A stretch of 46,274 nt of DNA from Perkinsus chesapeaki ATCC PRA-425 (taxonomy: Eukaryota > Protista > Perkinsozoa). Positions within the stretch are counted from its first letter, which is position 1. Each line of letters starts with the position of its first letter. The stretch covers positions 1 to 46,274 of the forward strand of contig JAAPAO010000256.1 in the NCBI GenBank assembly GCA_013115145.1, given 5' to 3'. A program made the position numbers and the translations under genes. A model generated the notes under the pieces. The model saw nothing but the letters and a program-made list of their open reading frames with translations, was not told where the DNA came from and made no database searches. Below, in pieces: positions 36,457-46,274 of the stretch.

Positions 36457-37049
36457 TTGTTGTTGGGCTTAGCTGTACGTAGCCCTGACTATGAGAACCC
36501 TATGTGTACTTATGTCATCGGAGCCACACGTGTCGTCGTCCTCTTGGAATTCTATCACCAAGTTATTGGCCGTTTATCGACACCTTCACGGCAATGTGTT
36601 GAGTCCAGCGCGGGCGAATCAACAAGAACCATCAACGATTCTCTCTTCACCGCTACAATGATGGCCTTGTTACGGATTGCTAGCTCACACAACGGTTGCA
36701 ATTCTCCCATATATATACACTTTCATGGACTCAAGAAATTAACCATTGAACACGGCAACAACATGATAATAGCGTAACCTTTAGGGTGAATGGTTGTTGT
36801 TCTTTACTGTTAATGGAATTAATGATAGAAACGGCAGCACTTTACCACATGTGTAATAATCATACAAAATATTATCAAGTCGCTGATGCTGCTGCTAGAG
36901 TTACAGCTATATTATCCCACCAGCATCAAATGAGTGATATCAGAAAGAGGAGGAGGATAGAAATATTGAGAGGACTAATAGAACATAAGAAAGTGAAGGG
37001 GGCACTCCTAGAGTTGGCTGATTCAGTATCTTTTAAAGTAGTGCCCTAG
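36457..37049 (+). CDS. Possible hypothetical gene (two adjacent ORFs); structure unresolved
   Basis: ORF 36786-37049 reads like a helical protein (AAARVTAILSHQHQMSDIRKRRRIEILRGLIEHKK). I could not build a convincing splice model joining it to ORF 36457-36777. Confidence 0.25.
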
Positions 37050-37057
37050 TATACCAC

Positions 37058-38893
37058 TTAACTATGATCAAGATGGATGATGCTATCTGAGACACCCTCA
37101 GTGGCTATAGAAGGAGAATCATCATTAACGTTAATCGGGAAATTACTCCTTTTTTCCATATTGTTATGAGTAAGCTTATCATCATCATCACCATCATCAC
37201 CATCAACAGATACTGGTACTGTAACGAGTACAGAGCCAAATGCAACTTCATCATCATCATCATCGCATTTGCCATTAAACCTCGCAGGTAGATCGTGTTT
37301 AGATGAATTGCTGCTGCCATTTTCTACTTCCAGTTCACCTGTGAGTTCACCATCTTCCTCCTCTTTATTCAAACAAGTGCAATAACTCTGATATGGCTCC
37401 TGAAGTATAATATTATTAATTATCATCGTCATACTCGCCTTACATTATGATGCCTCTCTCTTATCTCTCTTTCTACTTCATCAGATGATGATGATGATGA
37501 TGAGGTGCTACTAGGACTAGTAGTATTACTAGAAGCGGCTGCAGCAGTAGCGGTAGTAGGATGGTTTAACTCATTATTAACTAGTAATTGCTTCCAATGA
37601 CGACTTATATGATTTACAACAGGTACGCCACAATTGTGGATATCTTGAGTTGTATGATTAACCAATTTAAAGTGCGCAGATCCATCAAACATAGCCGCCC
37701 ACGACCACATAGGGAATTTAACAGCATATCTTCTCCAGGTTAATGAATTAAGAGCTACAGCTGGGGCCAATGGGTCTAGCTTATCGGTTGCTTCAACATA
37801 TGCTGGATAAATTGATGCTTTCTTTTCATTATTATTATCATCAGTAGTAGTATCTTCAACAACTTCTTGACAAGTAACATCATAAGTCTCATCCAACCAT
37901 AATTTACATCCAGGTGGTACTATTAATGCACTATCTGCTGATACGAGTAAATCAGCTTGAATATTGCCATAAACCAATCTCTCTCTAAATGGTCTTATTG
38001 ATTCAATACCAGAGAAGTCACATAATTGTTGTAAAAGCTTTCCTTTTGAATCAAGGAAGTCTACCATTGACTGCTGTGCTAAAGCGCCAAGTGCAGCTCC
38101 TGCTCTAATATGAGCTGGTACATCTCTTATACCAAGATTGGGGCATGCTAATAATATCTAAAACTACAGGGTGATAAGGTATTATGTGATAAAAGGTATT
38201 ACTAGTCTATCCAGTATAAGACCTCTTGCAAGGAAATAATCAGGATACTTCTCAAATAGGTTACGAAGGGCTACTCTGATATACCTGATAATATGAATAA
38301 TAATAGATAGATATTAATAATGTATTAGTACAATCCTCCTAGTGAATGACCCAGGAAGGACACCTTCGATCCATGAGGTAAACTGTCAAAATAAGGGATA
38401 CATTCAGCTAATAGACGAAGGCCACCAGCAACAACACCTTATAATAATACGTATTATTAACAACAACATTACTTTATACCCCTTACCATCTCCAGTTTTC
38501 CCTACATTTGATTTAATCATAATTGGTAATGCTCCACTACGTTTATAAATACCATAAGCCATATTATGAAGATCATATGGGTGTCCCCATAAACCATGTT
38601 GATAGAATACTACACTAACAGGCTCAGACACTAACAATAATAACAGCATTAGGGATAATTACGGCGGGGATAATAGGAATATTACTTTTATTGAAGTCTT
38701 CAAGTGTTGGTAATGGTAATGTATCACTACGTACACCTTCTTCTAGTCTATTTGAATCATTACTATTAACATCATCTTCAGTATCATTCTTAGTATCATC
38801 ATACTTCAAACCTTGAGCATCTAACTCTGTTGTATCTCTGGTGTCTTCTTCATCATCATCAGGATGAAGAGCTGCCACTTGTTGATTACCCAT
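37058..38893 (-). CDS. DUF676 / putative lipase (alpha-beta hydrolase)
   Basis: HGLWGHPYDL, SNVGKTGDG, VSFLGHSLGGLY (Ser), ACPNLG, VYGNIQADLLV (Asp), LNSLTWRRYAV..SAHFKLV (His). Start inferred at MGNQQV. Confidence 0.85.
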
Positions 38894-39005
38894 ACTAAAG
38901 GAACTTTTATATGAAACAACCTTAGCTATAACAACAACACAACTAATAATGCTGTTAAGTGTTATCAACTACTTCTTTTTATCATTATGATTGAGGGCAT
39001 GGTTG

Positions 39006-40422
39006 TCAACTAACAGTATTCAATGCAGCTGATATTGTTGGTACCAATAATACTAATAAAAATATTATACAAATTAATAATATACACATCCTAGTCTTTT
39101 GAGCTGATCTCTGATGCTTTTTAGCACGTATAAGACTTTTCTCAGCCTCTGCTGTGTAATGCTTCGCATTTACTACATTATATTCAACATTATCTAATAA
39201 CTCACCCTGAATGCTGGAGTACATAACAATACATAATGAAGAAATGCTAATACCTGTTGATGGACTAATATAGCCATTTCTACAAACATTTGATGAAGGT
39301 CTGTTACTGCTTCCTCTAACCTCTTTAGATCAGAGTATCTTATACCAATAGTAATGATTCCAGTTGTTGTTATTATTATTACTTATCCTGCATATCTTGT
39401 AACCTCCTTATCATACTAACATGTGCCTCCTCTTTTCCCATAGTAACATCATCCTTCATTACCATTCTCCTTTTTAATGCCTCAGATGGTTGTACTCCAC
39501 ATTCGACTAGTTCATTAATCTATAATAATGTATAACCTGTACTCCATTCAATTACTTCACCACCTCATCCATAGTAGCTTCTGGTAATGCTAAATGTAGG
39601 TTATTAAAAGCTCTTCTTTTTACATCATATGCAAATCTAGCTTGTATATCTTGATAATCTATAACCTAACAACAACAACAACAACAACTACTTCTATTGA
39701 TAATACCTTAGACTATCAGAAACTTACTAATGCTCTAAACTGTGCACAAATGCCTTTATAAATGTTATCTCTAGTACGCCAATCAGCAACAGCTGTAGGT
39801 GCTACCTCCTATTATTAGTGTACGATAATACCATTGCTATGATATATTATATTAACTATAAATTCATCATTTTGTCTTTTCATTTCCTCTATCCTTTTCC
39901 TTAATAATGTCATTATATTATTATTAGCTGATATAAGTTCCTCAACTCTCCGTCTAACTATTATCTCCTTCTCTTGCGATGTAACCTAACCTTTATACAC
40001 CCTCGTACTACTACCCCACTATATAACTAACCCTAGCCATATCATCTCTCCCTTTACTAATAATCAATATATTATCCTTAACATTACCCATAGATTGCCT
40101 CATATCAGCTACCTCTTCATAATAACTACCCATAAGCTGTTTAATCTCCTCTATAATAATACTATCATTACCACTATAATAGACTATACTACCTTCACTG
40201 GCCCCTCCTGGATTTACTAAAGATGTTACAATACTCTTCCATGGCCTTTTCTTCTTCTTCTTGTACTGTTCTTTATCAACAAGTATTATATCACTATCAT
40301 TAATGCCATAAACTGATATTATACCAAAGGCTAAAGCCCGCTGAGAAAATGTACTAGATGGATGTAATAAGGATAAGCTCACCTACTTGCCTTAACTCCT
40401 CTAATCTATCTTTAATAACCAT
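39006..40422 (-). CDS. Qa-SNARE syntaxin (Syx1/plasma-membrane type)
   Basis: N-peptide MVIKDRLEELRQ, Habc helix YYEEVADMRQSM, SNARE LKRLEEAVTDLHQMFVEMAILVHQQ|GELLDNVEYNV, C-terminal TM MCILLICIIFLLVLLV. Confidence 0.92.
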
Positions 40423-40554
40423 TATATATAACTATATATCAACTATATATAATATATAAATACTCAATAACTCAACAACAATATTAGAATACATTACGAG
40501 ATAAACTTATAGAAGCCTTATTAACTACACATACACTTCTAGTAGATCCTATCA

Positions 40555-41956
40555 TCAATCGTCGAATAACCCACTGGCAACAGGTCTCCTATTGCTACCA
40601 CCTGCTGCTCCTGATAATAATAAGGGATATATATAACTTACAATATCTTATATTACCTCTATTACTACTAGTGCCCGCCCTATTAGGTGTCGGTTCTCTA
40701 GTAGTAAAATCATCATCAAACAATCCAGTACCCCCTTCAGTTGGTGATGATGATGATATTGCTGCAGGTGAGTCACCACCAGTTAAACCGCTCATAAGTC
40801 CTTGAGTTCGCTTTGCCAATGCTTCTCTACGTATCCTTTCTTCCTCCTAATACATATCCCCCATATCATCATTATGATACAACTAATATCCCTCGTAATT
40901 ACCTCCCTCCTAAGCCGCTCTTCATTAAGCCTCTTTTGCTCCTCCATTTTCTTCCTTTCTTCCTCCTGTCGTAACCTCTCTAACTCAGCTTCCCGTCGTC
41001 TACGTTCCTATTATCCAATATAATGCCCACCATATTACAATCCCCTCAACCATCATCATTACTTCTTCATCAATTCCTCTGCCTATTGTTGGTGGTGGTG
41101 GAGGTGGTGGCATACCTTGCCTTGTGTTAGTTGATGGACTATGTCCCATACCTAATATTAACATTACCAACAGTATGCATCCTATCTCCAGCTACCAGGT
41201 GGCATTATTATCTGACCACGAGGCCCATCACGACTATGTGCACTTGTAGATGATCTTCCACCAGAACTTGGCGCAACACCACAACCACCTACTCGAGGTC
41301 GAGTAGTGCCTATTATAACCGCCAATGAGGAGGAAGAGGGAGAAGGAGTAGGGGCGGTACTACCTTGAATGGCATCTACAGTAGACTTTTCCATCACCTC
41401 AATTCTCATTGTAAGATTATCTATCTTACTATTAGCTGTAGTAAAGAGTTCTACTATACGATCTAATGATAACAATAAGAACAACTCAGTGAATCGAAGT
41501 GAAGTTATATTATTACTGAGTAGTTGTTCTTGCCTTCTAGAACTTTCTAACAACATCTTCATATAGTCTTCAGATTCATCTATACTAGATGACCTTATAT
41601 TCTAAGAATATCAGATATTGCATGTATGAAATGCAATGCAGTTACCTGTTGATGATGTTGGTAGGGAGACAGTTGTTGTGTTGCTGCTGATCCTGGTATG
41701 TATCCTTCATGACTCGTTGTGTTGTTGGTGTAGTAATAATCCTCATTACTATTCATTAAATCATAAGACGATGATGTAGTAGTATGATCAACAATGACGG
41801 GGTGAGTAGTAGATGAAGTAGTCATCTATAACAACTTCTTAATGCTAACCCCTCATTATTTATTACCTTCGAAGATGAGGCCGCAGCTTCCTGCTGCTGC
41901 TGCTCCTGCTGCTGGTGGTGGTGAAGGGGGGCAGTCGGTGATGGCGGTGATGACAT
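40555..41956 (-). CDS. Hypothetical coiled-coil / proline-rich protein ending in LFDD motifs
   Basis: Spliced exons give KIDNLTMRIEVME, PPPPPP, an E/R/K coiled coil, GLFDDDF and a terminal SGLFDD*. Start inferred at MSSPP; it could be at 42103. Confidence 0.6.
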
Positions 41957-42102
41957 CAATTCGAATGCTATGTTATTATTAAGATACTTATTCCAATTCA
42001 ATACTCCTATAGAACTGCCAGAAACTGTCATATTCACGTAAACGCCGCACCTCTTCTTGTTGGCTATGGAGGATAAGCTATTCTTGATGATAAGATCCAT
42101 CA

Positions 42103-45583
<3,481 letters not shown>

Positions 45584-45742
45584 TGCAACAACAACTATAA
45601 CATAAACAACAATATTAACGTTGCACTGTCCTTTACAATTTCGTGGCGCGTGACTGTGATAATTCTCCTATACAAGTGGCGAAATCATCGAAGTCAGGTG
45701 GTGTAAGGGTTATTGCTGTAGAGTTGTGATTGAGCTTTTATT

Positions 45743-45981
45743 ATGTCGGGTACACCTGAAGATGAAGTAGTGGATTTGGATTCATCTGAGGTGGTAGTAT
45801 AATATATAATAATGGTTATATTGTCTTATAGGTTGGATCTTCCTCCGTTGTTGTTGATGATGCTGCTGGTGCTGGTGGTATACCTGATACTACGTCTAAT
45901 GTTGATGAAGATGATAATAATGAAGAGCCTCAAGCTAAAGTACAAAGAACAGGAGTTAGAATAGATGGTACTAGTGGATAA
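45743..45981 (+). CDS. Small acidic hypothetical protein, or the 5' part of a longer gene
   Basis: MSGTPEDEVVDLDSSE|VGSSSVVVDDAAG..EEPQAKVQRTG with one GT-AG intron, divergent from AFG3. Confidence 0.4.
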
Positions 45982-46274
45982 TACGTTGGGGAGGCAGGAC
46001 AGTGGGGCTCATCATATATATTAAAGATAATAATGGTCATGTTAAAGTGTATGAATGAATCAAACAAATTAATGAACAAACTTCGAGCAGTTTTGAAATT
46101 TGGTGTTGATGGCTGGCCTTACAGTTGGAGGTCGAAAAGAGGATAAATTACCCCAAGAGAATTGTAGTGTTTACTTATACGTCATGCGTTCAACTGTGAA
46201 TTTTGTAGATGCATGACGTTTGTATATCTGTGATACTTCGCTTCGCTCATGCGAGCGCGGTTTCATTTCCGTTT

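Overview
Eukaryotic nuclear DNA: very AT-rich, gene-dense and packed with short (about 30-70 nt) GT-AG introns. The calmodulin sequence and gene style point to a myzozoan alveolate, most likely Perkinsus or a relative (inference, not verified). Hand splicing gives about 18 protein genes: a WD40 protein running off the left edge, a DUG3/EgtC-type class II glutamine amidotransferase (possibly fused to that WD40), an SLC25 carrier, primase large subunit, a SPRY-less DDX1, calmodulin, a ppGalNAc-transferase, a cNMP-domain/ankyrin Shaker-like channel, two tandem mitochondrial pyruvate carrier genes, a CCCH low-complexity protein, mitochondrial bL9, small intronless secreted-type proteins in a GC-richer island (about 32.4-36.8 kb), a DUF676 lipase, a Qa syntaxin, a coiled-coil protein and AFG3. 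A tRNA-Val(CAC) lies antisense in a channel intron. The best candidate for a novel system is that each MPC gene encodes MPC1 and MPC2 in ONE polypeptide, resembling the SemiSWEET-to-SWEET fusion. Also notable: the channel filter reads TTFGYFD instead of TTVGYGD, a 1072-nt intron with apparently captured sequence interrupts the amidotransferase, and a dense hairpin cluster sits at 34.26-34.42 kb. CDS coordinates are hand-spliced gene spans that include introns. GC statements are by eye, not computed.
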